Part shown: piece by piece, positions 19,141-29,654 of the stretch
Numbering within the stretch: the first letter of the stretch is position 1
How the letters are laid out: each line of letters begins with the position of its first letter
Origin: an uncultured Solirubrobacteraceae bacterium
Lineage (GTDB): Bacteria; Actinomycetota; Thermoleophilia; Solirubrobacterales; Solirubrobacteraceae
Direction: 5' to 3'
Length of the DNA: 64,000 nucleotides
Assembly (NCBI GenBank): GCA_963767405.1
Contig: CAVYDP010000003.1
Location: forward strand, 52,700-116,699
Translations under genes and position numbers: made by a program
The notes under the pieces: model-generated
What the model was told of the DNA's origin: nothing
Database searches by the model: none
Seen by the model: the letters and a program-made list of their open reading frames with translations, nothing else

Positions 19141-19446
19141 CAGCTGACTCCGGGTGATGGGTATTGTCCAGATTGGATAAAGCTCAGATTAAGCAAGATT
19201 GCGGACCTCGGGGTTCAAAATAGCAGGGGGCCTGAGGCGAAAAGGGCCTTGTTCCCTTGCCAAAACAAACCCAAAGCAACCATCGGCAGTTTCGCCGTCG
19301 CGTAAACGCACGCGTCTAAAGCTCTCAAGGCTGGTTGGCCATTTTGGCCAAGACGTACACCGGAGGCTGATGCGAATGCTGACCGCGCGCTCGACAGGGA
19401 TCGGCGAAGCGCCCCGCCCGCGCGCCGGCGGCGCGCATGCGAGCAA

Positions 19447-19518
19447 TGGGCGCGGCGGGTTTCGAACCTGCGACCTCTCGCGTGTGAAGCGAGCGCTCTC
19501 CCACTGAGCTACGCGCCC
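19447..19518 (-). tRNA. tRNA-Val(CAC)
   Basis: GGGCGCGTAGCTCAGTGGGAGAGC...CTCGC-TTCACAC-GCGAG...GGTTCGAAACC...CGCGCCCA cloverleaf. CCA not encoded. TAGAAT -10 just upstream. Confidence 0.97.
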
Positions 19519-19622
19519 TAGAGGCCCGATTCTATTCTCCGTGGGCTGCCCTTGGGAGTGTGGGGCCGGCAGGCGCCCCCCGCCCTCTTGCCGGGCCGCG
19601 CAGGGTGGAGTAGATTCGGGCC

Positions 19623-20144
19623 ATGGCGATCACGGACTCCGCCACGGCGCTCCCCGCCGACCTGGCGGCCTTCACCGAGAGCTACGCCACCGCCTGGAAC
19701 ACCTGCGACGTCGACGCCATGGCGGAGCTGCTCACCGAGGACATCGTCTGGGCCGACCCGGCGCTGCCGGAGCCCGTCCACGGCATCCCGGCCGTCGGCC
19801 AGTTCATGCAGGAGAGCTTTCGCACCTTCCCGGACCTCAACTTCGGGGAGCCCGATCCGCCTCACCTGAGCGTGACCGGCGACCAGATCGCATGGGCCTG
19901 GGAGATGCGGGGCACGATGCGGGGCCCGGCCGAGCCCCCCGGCTTCGCCCCCACCGGCCGGCGGATGCGGGTCCAGGGGGTCGACCTGTGGACGATGCGT
20001 GGCGGGCGGATCGCCCGCTACCGGGCCTACTACGACATGACCGACCTCGCCCGCCAGCTCGGCATCATGCCTCCCGCCGGCAGCCGCGCGGAGCGGGTCA
20101 CCGTGGCCCTGCAGCGGCTGCAGGCCCGCCTGCAGCGGCGGTGA
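19623..20144 (+). CDS. SnoaL-like/NTF2 family (ester cyclase) protein
   Basis: AWN..DVDAM.ELLTED, FRTFPDL.F, APTGRRMRVQGVDL...GGRI. Confidence 0.88.
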   Translation: MAITDSATALPADLAAFTESYATAWNTCDVDAMAELLTEDIVWADPALPEPVHGIPAVGQFMQESFRTFPDLNFGEPDPPHLSVTGDQIAWAWEMRGTMRGPAEPPGFAPTGRRMRVQGVDLWTMRGGRIARYRAYYDMTDLARQLGIMPPAGSRAERVTVALQRLQARLQRR

Positions 20145-20151
20145 GGCGACC

Positions 20152-21138
20152 GTGAGGGGCTGCAGGCCGGGGGCCCGCGAGTGGGCCCCCCTCGCAACCA
20201 CCCTCGTCCTCGCGGCCTGCCTGCTGGCAGCCGTGATCCCCTCGGCGGCTCTTGCCCTGGCCGACTCGGGTCGGCTGCTCACCTACATGCCCACCGAGGA
20301 GGTCCACGCGGTCAGGGCCGCATCCGAACTCGACGGGTACATGAGCCACCTCGACGAATACGACATCGGGCAGGCGCTCCTGCAGATGCCGAAGTTCAAA
20401 CCCAACGGGAAGCTCAAGCTGCCCACCTACGAGCGGGAAACCCTCGCCCTATGGGTCCAACAGGCCGCCCGCCACAACGCCGAACACGCCACCCACGTGC
20501 TCGTCACGGCGGTCTTCAACGCCAACATCACCGCCAAGGGTCCCGACCTCGAAAACCCCCTGACGCGGGCACGCATGATCGCGGGGATCGAATCGGTGCT
20601 GGCACTTGGCGTCCCCGCCATCCATCTGGACGTCGAGCCCTATCCGACCGACCAGGGCTTCATCTCCTTCCTGGAAGAGCTCCACCTCGCCCTGGCCCGG
20701 ATCGGCTTTCACGGTCCTGTGTCCCTGGTCGCCCCACCGGACACGGGGCGCTGGTCTCCCACCTACCTCCAGGGCATCGCACCCCTCGTCGACCAGCTCG
20801 ACCCCCTCTACTACGAAAGCGAACTCTCCTCTCCCGCCGCATACGAGACCTGGGTCCGGGAAAGCCTCGCCTACTACTCCGCCAACCTTCCCCCGGCCGT
20901 GCGGATCATCCCGGTCATCCCCTCCTACCGCTCCAACCCGTGGCACTCCGCCGCAGCCGAGAACGTCTCCTCCGCAACGGCGGCCATCGAAGCCGCCCTC
21001 TCGGAAGGCAGCCGTGTGAACGGGGCGGGGATCTGGTGGTGGTACGGCTTCTACTACAACGAAAACCACAGATTCGACGGCAGCGCCGACCGAGCCGCCT
21101 GGCAGTCGGCCACGGTCAACCTCCCCTTCTCCCCCTGA
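20152..21138 (+). CDS. Secreted glycoside hydrolase-like TIM-barrel protein (GH18-like)
   Basis: Signal peptide, AIHLDVEPY (DxE), VDQLDPLYY, terminal GAGIWW. Confidence 0.6.
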   Translation: MRGCRPGAREWAPLATTLVLAACLLAAVIPSAALALADSGRLLTYMPTEEVHAVRAASELDGYMSHLDEYDIGQALLQMPKFKPNGKLKLPTYERETLALWVQQAARHNAEHATHVLVTAVFNANITAKGPDLENPLTRARMIAGIESVLALGVPAIHLDVEPYPTDQGFISFLEELHLALARIGFHGPVSLVAPPDTGRWSPTYLQGIAPLVDQLDPLYYESELSSPAAYETWVRESLAYYSANLPPAVRIIPVIPSYRSNPWHSAAAENVSSATAAIEAALSEGSRVNGAGIWWWYGFYYNENHRFDGSADRAAWQSATVNLPFSP

Positions 21139-21143
21139 CTCCC

Positions 21144-21573
21144 TGGCCGCCGAGCTCCCCGACCTGATCGTCCCCGATGCCGGCGCCTGGCTCGCCTGGC
21201 TGACGGACAACCACACCCGCCAGACCGGCGTCTTTCTCGTCCTGGCGAAGAAGGGGGTCACCGAGCCGACCAGCCTCACCTACGACCAGGCCCTCGAGGA
21301 GGCTCTCTGCCACGGGTGGAGCAGGCCAAGGCCGACGGCCGCTGGGAGCGCGTCTACCACGGCCCTGCGAGCATCGAGGTGCCTGAGGACCTCGAGCGCG
21401 CCTTGGCCGCACGGCCCGCAGCCGGGGACCTGTTCGCGAAGCTGGGCAGCCAGAACCGCTACGCCATCCTCTACCGCATCCACGAGGCCAAGCGGGTCGA
21501 CACCCGCGCCCGCCGGATCGAGCGCTTCGTGGAGATGCTCGCCGCCGGCGAGACCCCTTACCCGCAGAGATAG
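21144..21573 (+). pseudogene. YdeI/OmpD-associated family gene with an internal deletion and frameshift
   Basis: AWLAWL.DNH...GVFLVLAKKG...TYDQALEEALCHGW joined out of frame to VEQAKADGRW...SQNRYAILYRI..AKR. The middle is missing and there is no ATG/GTG start. Confidence 0.75.
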
Positions 21574-21575
21574 CC

Positions 21576-22026
21576 TCAGCCCGCCGCGAGCTGCAGCGCG
21601 ATCAGCCCGGCGATCGCGGCGAGGCAGATGATGTGGTCGCGAAGGATCGCCCGGGCCAGGTCCCCCTGCACCGCGTCCGGGTCCGCCCGTGCTCCCAGGC
21701 GCACGGCGTTGGGCACGGTGCGCCCGCCCGCGAGCAGGATCGGCGGCAGGGCGAGCGCCAGGGAGGCCCAGGCCACCCAGCCGCTCTGGGTTCCCCATCC
21801 GATCTCAGCCACGATCCCCGCCAGGGTCGCGACCATCACCGCTGCGATCGAGCCGGTTCATCGGCCTCGCCGCAGTCGTCACCCGTCCGTAGTAGGCGGC
21901 GATCGAGGAGAGGGCCTCCGCCGGCACCTGGCCCTCGCCCCTGCCCAACGTCTGCACGTCGAACATCAGGTCGAACCACAGCACGGCCAGCAGGAACCCG
22001 GCCCCGGCTGTCACGAAGGCGCTCAC
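21576..22026 (-). CDS. Hypothetical 4-TM membrane protein; frameshift near 21850
   Basis: GFLLAVLWFDLMFDVQ...YY.RVTT.ARPMNRL continues in a second frame into further hydrophobic helices. Confidence 0.7.
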
Positions 22027-22039
22027 CCTCCCATCCCCG

Positions 22040-22720
22040 TCAGCTCCCCAGCCTTACTCCCACATGGGGGTGAAGGCGGTCCTGCTCTTCGGAGTAGAAG
22101 TCGGCGAGCCGATTCACTTCCGCCTCGGTCAGGGAGGCCCCGAACGTCTCCCCTCCCCCGAGCGAACGGTAGCCGTCCCTCAGTTTCCGCCCGATCTGGG
22201 CGAGGCCGAAGTGGGCGTCGTAGACGCTCTCGATATACAGGGCGACATTGGCCTTCGCGAAGCTCCTGGCCGCGGGCGATCCCCGTTCGATCTGGTCGAT
22301 GGCCCCGCCGATCATCTGCCACCCGCGCCCGGAGAGCCCGGCGTAGGAGCTGAACAGACCGGCCAGGGAGGAGGCCGGACCGGTCAGGCCGGCGGCCTGG
22401 CTTTCCCCGAAGATGCCGGGAGGGCGAAGGGCTCCCGCCTGCCGTGCCGCGAGGTCGACCTGCCGGCGGGGGATGAGGTTCACCTGCGCCGGCAGGCCGT
22501 TGGCCACGTGCGGCCATGCCTGCTTGGTCGCTGCCACCTCCGCCGCCACCTGCCCCCGCATCGAGGCCAGGGCCCGGGAGACGGCGATCAGGTCTTCCCG
22601 CTGAAGGCGCAGGCCCTCGGGGCTCGCTCCGGCTCCCGATCCGCAGCCGGCCGCGGCGAGCGCGGTCGCGCCCGCCGCCAGCAGGACCGCCGCCGCTCTG
22701 GCAATGGCCCCGCCCATCAT
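22040..22720 (-). CDS. Hypothetical lipoprotein
   Basis: Lipobox LAAAGC followed by a helical domain. Confidence 0.65.
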   Translation of the reverse strand: MMGGAIARAAAVLLAAGATALAAAGCGSGAGASPEGLRLQREDLIAVSRALASMRGQVAAEVAATKQAWPHVANGLPAQVNLIPRRQVDLAARQAGALRPPGIFGESQAAGLTGPASSLAGLFSSYAGLSGRGWQMIGGAIDQIERGSPAARSFAKANVALYIESVYDAHFGLAQIGRKLRDGYRSLGGGETFGASLTEAEVNRLADFYSEEQDRLHPHVGVRLGS

Positions 22721-22745
22721 GGTCTGGCCGGTCCGGGCTCGGCGG

Positions 22746-23317
22746 CTAGACGCCCAGCAGGTCGACTACGAAGATCAGGGTTTCGTTCGGGGGGATGCCC
22801 GCGGTGCCTTTTGAGCCGTAAGCGACCGCGGGCGGGATGATCAGCTCGCGCCGTCCTCCCACTTTCATCCCCTGGATGCCGAATTCCCAGCCGGGTATGA
22901 CCTGTTTCTTGCCGAGCACGAAGGTGAAGGGTTCTTTGCGGTTCCAGGAGGCAGTCGAACTTCTTGCCCCCCTTGAAGAGGCTCCCACGTAGTTGACCGT
23001 CACGTTTGCTGCCGGCCTTCGCTTCGGGCCCGGTGCCGACGATCAGGTCCTTTTTCTGGATGAGCTTGGGCGGCTTGCCGGTCGCCGGCGTCACCGTGGG
23101 TTCTTTGGAGAGCGGGCCGGTGGTCGGGGTCTTGGGAATCGGGGTCGCGGTTGCCGTGACCAGCGCGTTGTCGGCCTTGTTCTCGTTGCCGATCGTGATC
23201 GTGCTCGAGTTCGCCGGAGCCGCCGCAGCCGGCGATGAGGAGGACGGCGCCGAGCGGTGGCCAGGCCGAGGCCGGCACGCGAGCGCGAGCGGGGGAGGTG
23301 GGGTTGTAGTAGTTCAC
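22746..23317 (-). CDS. FKBP-type peptidyl-prolyl isomerase lipoprotein (frameshifted read)
   Basis: Lipobox LIAGC, KDLIVGTG, VTVNYVG, VIPGWE.GI.GMKVGGRRELIIPP..AYG, TLIFVVDLL. Confidence 0.88.
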
Positions 23318-23385
23318 GGTCGCGCAGCCTACCGGAACCCCCTAAATCGCCTGCTTTGGTGCGGCGCGGCGATAGGATCGACGGC

Positions 23386-23658
23386 GGACCGTGCTAGGCG
23401 GGGAGGTAGCGGTGCCCTGTATCCGCAATCCGCTCTAGCGGGGCTGAACTCCCCTCCGAGGGGTTCCGCTCCGGTCGCTCCGCCGTCCGGGGCGTCGATG
23501 GTCCGGGTCCCGCGCGGTGTCGGCTTGCGAATCAGGTCAGGTCCGGAAGGAAGCAGCCTTAAGCGATCACCGGCAGGCGCAGCGGGAGCTCCCGGACCGG
23601 AGCCGAGGGCGGCGATCAGGCGCCGGCAGGCGGGATCTCGACGAGGGGTGCACGGTCC
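23386..23658 (+). ncRNA. ffs: Signal recognition particle RNA, large type with Alu domain
   Basis: 5' CCGTGCTAGGCGGGGAGGTAGCGGTGCCCTGT...GCAATCCGCTCTAGC as in Bacillus scRNA. S-domain TCAGGTCCGGAAGGAAGCAGC. Terminal stem GGACCGTGC/GCACGGTCC. TAGGAT -10 at 23373. Confidence 0.93.
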
Positions 23659-23659
23659 G

Positions 23660-25164
23660 CTATCCGCAGCCCCTGAAGATCAGCCAGGAGCGGTTGGCCG
23701 CCGACTCGGTGAACCCGGGCGGCACCGCCACCGCCTCGTGGGGATCGCGGGTGTCGAGGACGTAGTCCGCGTTCGACCTCCCGGCTGGCCGGGTCGACGT
23801 AGACCCCGCGGGTGATGTGGCCGGCCTGCGGCGCTGCGGATGCTGCGCCGGGCTCGTTTCGCAGGTACAGCGCCAGCAGGGGGATCGGCGCGTGGTTGGG
23901 CACGCCCGACGGGCCCGCAGCGCAGGTTGATCGCCCCGGAGTCCACGAGCGCTGTCGAGGTCTCCTTCGATCCGTCTCCTGGCGGGCCAGTTTGTCCAGT
24001 TCCCGGTGCGCCGATGCGGTACTGGGCGGGGGCGTAGGCCAGCGAGCCCGACCGCCACGACCGCGCCCCGCCGCCATCCACCAGCGTCGCCGCCGGTCCC
24101 CGGCGGGCAGCCCGGTCCAGCCGAACACCCCGGCGCCGCAGAAGATCGCAGAGGATGGCCGCCGCCAGGAAGGCGTAGCGGGTGTTGATCGGCAGCCCGA
24201 TCGTCGCGAAGGCGGCGAAGACGACCACCGCCAGCACGCCCGCCGCGGCGCCCGGCAGGGCCCGGCCGCGCAGCCACGCACAGGCGACAGCACGCCCCCC
24301 AGCGGCCGCTCCGACGAGCACCGGCGGGCGCAGCATCTCGCCGATCCGTCGCGGGATGTACTCGGGCACGTTCGCGATCCCCGTGCTTGCGGTCGAGCGT
24401 GGAGGCGGTGTGGCGGGTGTTGGTCAGCGACCACAACGGGTTGCCCGTCACGAGCAGGTCGCTGCCGAGCCAGATCAGCGGTGCCGGCCGCCGCCAGCAG
24501 CGTCAGGCCCACGAGCTCGCGCCGGCGCTCGCGGACGGCGGCTCGTCCCGGCGCGGCAGGCGATCGCGCAGCCACCGCCGGCATCAGGCCCATCAGGTAG
24601 AGCCAGTAGAGGCCCGAGAACACCCAGGCCTCCGGGCGCAGCAGCCCGGCCAGGGCCAGCAGCGCGAGCACCGGCCGCCCGCCCGCACCGCGGGCGGCGC
24701 GAGTCGACGAGCAGGGCGCCGAGGACGAGCAGCAGGTAGGGGATGTCGAGATAGGCCCGGACGCCGTAGGAGAGCACCGGGACCCGGGTCAGGAAGATCG
24801 CCGCGGCCAGCACCCCCGCGGCCGCGTCCGAACCAGCGCCGAGCCGAGACGGTAGATCACCCAGCCGCACGCCGGCCAGGGCCGCGAAGGCGAGAGCGAG
24901 GGTGACGTCCTGCATCTCCGCGTGGGGGCGAGCGGGGACAGCACGATCCCGAGGAGCTCGAGCAGCGGATGGGGGGTCGGGGCGATCGGCACCCCGTAGG
25001 CGGGCGATTTCGCCCGCGGGCGAGCTGCCCGCCCCATGCGAGCGCGTAGAGCGTGTCGTAGTTCGCGAAGGCCACGCCGGCGATCAGGCGCAGCACGACG
25101 GCGCCGGCGGCGATCGCGGCGAGGCGCCGAGGCGGGCGCGCAGGCGCCTGCCCGGGGTCCTCAC
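23660..25164 (-). CDS. Polytopic membrane protein, GT-C glycosyltransferase-like (many apparent frameshifts)
   Basis: NYDTLYAL.WG, PTPHPL, DIPYLLLVLGA, LAGLLRPEAW, TGNPLWS, RYAF, with many TM helices spread across frames. Confidence 0.6.
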
Positions 25165-25231
25165 GCGGCGGACGCTATCCGCTCCGGTGGAGGGCCAAGC
25201 CGCCCCGGCGGGCCGGGTAGACTCGGCCACG

Positions 25232-27092
25232 GTGTCGCGCAGAGAGCAGCCACAGGAGCAGGAGCGGTCTCTGTACCGCCGGCACCGGCCCCGCACCTTC
25301 GCCGACGTCGTCGGCCAGGAGCCGGTCGTGAGGACCCTGCGCAACGCCGTCGAGCGCGGCAAGGTCCACCACGCCTACCTGTTCGTCGGCTCGCGCGGCA
25401 CGGGCAAGACCTCGATGGCGAAGATCCTGGCCGCCTGCCTGAACTGCGAGCAGGGCCCGACGATCGAGCCCTGCGGGCGCTGCGACTCCTGCCTGTCGAT
25501 CGCCGCGGGCGACCTCGCTCGACGTGATCGAGATGGACGCCGCCTCCAACAACTCCGTCGACGACATCCGCGAGCTGCGCGAGAGCGTCGCCTACGCCCC
25601 GGTCAGCGGCCGCCGCAAGGTCTACATCCTCGACGAGGCCCACATGCTCTCCACCGCCGCCTGGAACGCGTTCCTGAAGACGCTCGAGGAGCCGCCGCCC
25701 AACACCGTCTTCGTGCTCGCCACGACCGAGGCCGCGAAGGTCCCCGCCGACGGTCATCGACCGCTGCCACCGCTTCGACTTCCACCGCCCGACCGTCGAG
25801 CAGATCGCCAGCGGTCCTGCGCCGGGCCGCCGCAGGCCGAGTCGATCGAGATCCCGCCGCCGGCCGTCGCCGCGATCGCCCGCTCGGCCACGGGCAGCTT
25901 CCGCGACGCCCTGGGCACGCTCGAGCAGCTCGTCACCTACAGCGGCACCGAGATCTCCCTCGAGGACGTGCTGGCCGTGCTCGGCGTCGCCGACTCGCGG
26001 CTGCTGGCGGAGGCGATCGACGCCGTCGCCGCCGGCGACTCCCGGCGCGCCCTGGCGGCGCTCGAGCGAGTGCGTCGAGCAGGGCCGCGACGCCGGCATC
26101 CTTCGCCTCCGACCTCGAGGCCCGGCTGCGCGAGCTGATGATCGTGCAGACCCTCGGCGAGGTGCCCGCCGAGCTGTCGCCTGACCCCCGAGGCCGACGC
26201 CGCGCTGGCCGAGCAGGCCGGCCGCGTCGCCTCACGCCGCCGTCGTGCGCCTGCTCGAGCTGCTCGGCGAGGCGCTGGAGGCGATCCGCGCCGGCGCCGA
26301 CGCCCGCACCCGCCTGGAGCTGGCGCTCGTCAAGGCCGCCCGGCCCGAGGTGGACGGCTCGATGCGCGCCCTGCTCGCCCGCATCGAGCGACTCGAGCGA
26401 GGGCGGGCGGCCCATCTCGGCCGTCGCCGCCCAGCGCGAGGTCGCGTCCGACTCCGCCCGGTCCCGGAGCGCCGCGCCGCCCCGGCGCCGTCACGCCGGC
26501 CGCGCGCCGAGCCTCCGCCCGGCGCCGGCGCGAGGACCCGGCCCCGGCGGCCCCCGAGCCCGCGCCCCGTGCCGCAGGAGCACGCCGGCGCCCCTCCGCC
26601 GGGCCGCCGCCTCCCGCCGCCGGCGCCCGGGTCCCGCGCCCTGCGGCGCCGAGCCGGCGCGCGCGCGGAGCCCCGCCTCGACGCTCGACTCGGTCGCTCC
26701 CATGTGGCCGGCGGTGGTCGACCTGGTCCGCAGCCGAGAACGCCCTGCTCGGCGGCCCTGATCGCCGAAGCCCGGCCGGTCGAGGTCGCAGGGCGAGGAG
26801 CTGACGCTCGCCTTCGCCGCGACCGCCCGTTCCTCAAGAAGAAGGCCGAGGACCCGCCAACCGGATGACCGTCGGCGAGGCGCTGCGGCGCGATCACCGG
26901 GTACGCGCTGGCGGCTCTCCTACGAGCTGCGCGAGGAGCTCGGGGCCGAGGCAGCCCGAGGCCGAGGAGCCTCCGAGGAGGAGGCAGAGGAGAGCTGGCT
27001 GGCCCGCTTCATGGAGGAGTTCGACGCCGAGGAGATCCCCGTCGAGGACGACGGCGAGCGGGCCGTCACCACGCAACGAGAAAGGCGCCTGA
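25232..27092 (+). CDS. dnaX: DNA polymerase III gamma/tau (frameshifted read)
   Basis: LYRRHRPRTF.DVVGQ, HAYLFVGSRGTGKTS, CGRCDSC, IEMDAASNNSVDDIR, ILDEAHML, LKTLEEPP, GSFRDAL. Confidence 0.93.
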
Positions 27093-27450
27093 TGCCCAAG
27101 CAGCCGCGGATGCCCAACATGCAGCAGATGATGCAGCAGGTCCAGAAGATGCAGAAGGACATGGAGGCGCTCAGGAGGAGCTGAAGAACGAGATCGTCGA
27201 GGCCTCGGCCGGCGGCGGCATGGTCACGGTCAAGATGAGCGGCGACCTGCAGGTCAGGGAGGTCAGGATCGACCCGTCCGCCGTCGACCCCGAGGACGTC
27301 GAGATCCTCGGGGACATGATCCTGGCGGCTGTCAACGAGGCGCTGCGCATGGCCCAGGAGCTGGCCGAGCGCAAGATGGGCGGGGCCACCGCCGGCCTGG
27401 ACCTCGGCGCGCTCGGCGGACTGGGCGGCCTCGGGCTGCCCGGACTGTGA
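27092..27450 (+). CDS. ybaB: YbaB/EbfC nucleoid-associated protein (frameshifted read)
   Basis: [41 protein letters not shown]. Located between dnaX and recR. Confidence 0.92.
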
Positions 27451-28066
27451 GCACCTGGCACGCGCCGCCCGTCCAGCGGCTGGTCACCGAGCTCTCGAAG
27501 CTCCCCGGCGTCGGCAACCGCACCGCCCAGCGCCTGGCCTTCCACCTCCTTCGCGCCTCGGCCGAGGATGCCGCCGCGCTGGCCGAGGCGATCCGTCGAG
27601 GTCAAGGAGAAGATCGGCCTCTGCGAGGTCTGCTTCAACCTCACCGACGAACCGCGCTGCCGGATCTGCCAGGACCCGCGCCGCGACCACGGGCTGATCT
27701 GCGTCGTCGAGGAGCCCAGCGACGTGATCCCGATGGAGCGCACCCACGAGTACCACGGCGTCTACCACGTGCTCGGCGGGGCGCTCTCGCCGATCGACGG
27801 CATCGACCCCGAGGATCTGAAGATCGCCGAGCTGCTCGCGCCCGGGTGGCCTCGGCCGGAGACGCGCCGATGCGCGAAGTCGTGCTGGCGACCAACCCGA
27901 CCACCACCGGCGAGGCCACCGCTCTGCACATCGCCGAGGAGCTGCGCCGCCGCGCTCCCGACGTGACCGTCACCCGCCTGGCCAGCGGCCTGCCGGTGGG
28001 CTCGGACCTCGAGTACGCCGACGAGGTCACCCTCGGCAAGGCCTTGGCGGGGCGCCGGCGGTCTGA
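27447..28066 (+). CDS. recR: Recombination mediator RecR (frameshifted read)
   Basis: [16 protein letters not shown], CxxC-CxxC zinc finger, [42 protein letters not shown]. Confidence 0.95.
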
Positions 28067-28107
28067 CCGTCCGCCTCCCGGCGGCTCGCCGCCCAATCCT
28101 GCCCTGC

Positions 28108-29373
28108 ATGTCCGGTCTCATCTGCATGAAGTTCGGCGGCAGCTCCGTGGCCGACGCCGAGCGCATCAAGCGGGCCGCCCGGCGGATCGTGGAGAAGCGC
28201 GAAGAAGGTCACTCCGTCGTCGCCGTCCTGTCGGCGAGGGGGAAGACGACCGACGAGCTGATCGCGATGGCCGAGGAGGTCTCGCCGAGCCCCGATCCGC
28301 GGGAGATGGACATGCTGCTCTCCTCCGGGGAGCGGATCTCCTGCGCCCTGTGTGCGATGGCGATCAACGACCTCGGCCACCGGGCGATATCGCTGACCGG
28401 CTCCCAGGCCGGGATCGTCACCGACGAGTCCCACACCAAGGCGCTGATCCTCGACGTCCGGGCGGATCGCATCCGAGCAGCCCTGCAGGAGGACCACATC
28501 GTCCTCGTGGCCGGCTTCCAGGGGGTCTCCCAGAACGCCAGGAACGTCACCACCCTCGGTCGGGGCGGCTCGGACACGAGCGCCGTGGCGGTGGCCGCCG
28601 CCCTCGGGGCCGACGTTTGCGAGATCTACACCGACGTCTCGGGCGTCTTCACGGCCGACCCCCGCATCGTCCCGGACGCCCGCAAGCTCGACAGGGTCTC
28701 CTTCGAGGAGATGCTCGAGATGGCGGCCTCGGGGGCAGGGGTCCTGCAGCTGCGCTCGGTCGAGTACGCCCGCAACCACGGGGTGAGCATCCACTGCCGC
28801 TCCTCCTTCGACCAGGAGCCCGGTACCTTTGTCGTCGCCGAAGGAGAGACCTTGGAGCAGCCACTGATCACAGCCGTCACCCACTCCGTCCAGGAGGCCC
28901 GGATGACCCTCACGGGCGTCCCCGACACCCCGGGGGCCGCGGCCCGCATCTTCGAGGCCCTGGCGGCGGCGAACGTCAACGTCGACATGATCGTCCAGAA
29001 CGAGCCGCTCACGACAGGGGTCCAGGCGGAGATCTCCTTCACGGTCCCCCAGGACGACCTGCGCATGGCGCGCGGCGCCCTGGAGCCGCTCACCGGAGAG
29101 GCCTTCGCCGAGATGATCACCCACGGGGACATGGGCAAGGTCTCCATCGTCGGGGCCGGGATGCGCTCCCACCCGGGGGTCGCCGCGAAGGTCTTCGGCG
29201 TGCTCGCCGGCGAGGGCGTGAACATCGACATGATCTCGACCTCGCCGATCAAGATCTCCTGCGTGATCGGCCGTGACCACGTCGAGCGGGCCGTCCAGGC
29301 CCTGCACAGCGCCTTCGAGCTCTCGGGGGAGGGGACGGTCACCGAGGAGCATCCCTTCGCAAAGGGCTCATAG
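28108..29373 (+). CDS. lysC: Aspartate kinase
   Basis: [30 protein letters not shown], two ACT domains, ISTSPIKIS. Confidence 0.95.
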   Translation: MSGLICMKFGGSSVADAERIKRAARRIVEKREEGHSVVAVLSARGKTTDELIAMAEEVSPSPDPREMDMLLSSGERISCALCAMAINDLGHRAISLTGSQAGIVTDESHTKALILDVRADRIRAALQEDHIVLVAGFQGVSQNARNVTTLGRGGSDTSAVAVAAALGADVCEIYTDVSGVFTADPRIVPDARKLDRVSFEEMLEMAASGAGVLQLRSVEYARNHGVSIHCRSSFDQEPGTFVVAEGETLEQPLITAVTHSVQEARMTLTGVPDTPGAAARIFEALAAANVNVDMIVQNEPLTTGVQAEISFTVPQDDLRMARGALEPLTGEAFAEMITHGDMGKVSIVGAGMRSHPGVAAKVFGVLAGEGVNIDMISTSPIKISCVIGRDHVERAVQALHSAFELSGEGTVTEEHPFAKGS

Positions 29374-29447
29374 CGGCACATCGCTGGGAACAGGCTCCAA
29401 TCTGTCACAATCGCTGCGCATCTCTGCCCCTTCATGGATGGAAGGCA

Positions 29448-29654
29448 ATGCGCGTCAAGAGACCACGTCGATACGTGAGCCGTCACTGGCTCCTGTTGCT
29501 GAGGCCCTTCCTGCGCTGGAGCGCCCGCAGAGAGGCCTACGTGCTTCGACTCGTCGGGCGCCACACCGGGCCGGTACTGCGGCTGGACCGCCGCACGCAC
29601 CCCGCGCACTTCGAGGGCGCCGAGCGCCGCGGACAGGCCCGCATCGCCGCCTAA
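29448..29654 (+). CDS. Small basic hypothetical protein (68 aa)
   Basis: ATG preceded by GGAAGG, own intergenic region, stop abutting the convergent gene. Confidence 0.5.
   Translation: MRVKRPRRYVSRHWLLLLRPFLRWSARREAYVLRLVGRHTGPVLRLDRRTHPAHFEGAERRGQARIAA

Noticed and set aside
19200-19360. c-di-GMP or other known riboswitch
   Set aside because: Fragments such as GCGAAA and GTCTAA occur, but the conserved order and stems could not be assembled on either strand.
19400-19520. tRNA-Val as the attachment site of an integrated element
   Set aside because: I found no integrase and no duplicated tRNA 3' end in the window.
25232-27092. Programmed frameshift in dnaX producing gamma/tau
   Set aside because: No A-run slippery site seen, and the breaks cannot be distinguished from the indel noise in neighbouring genes.
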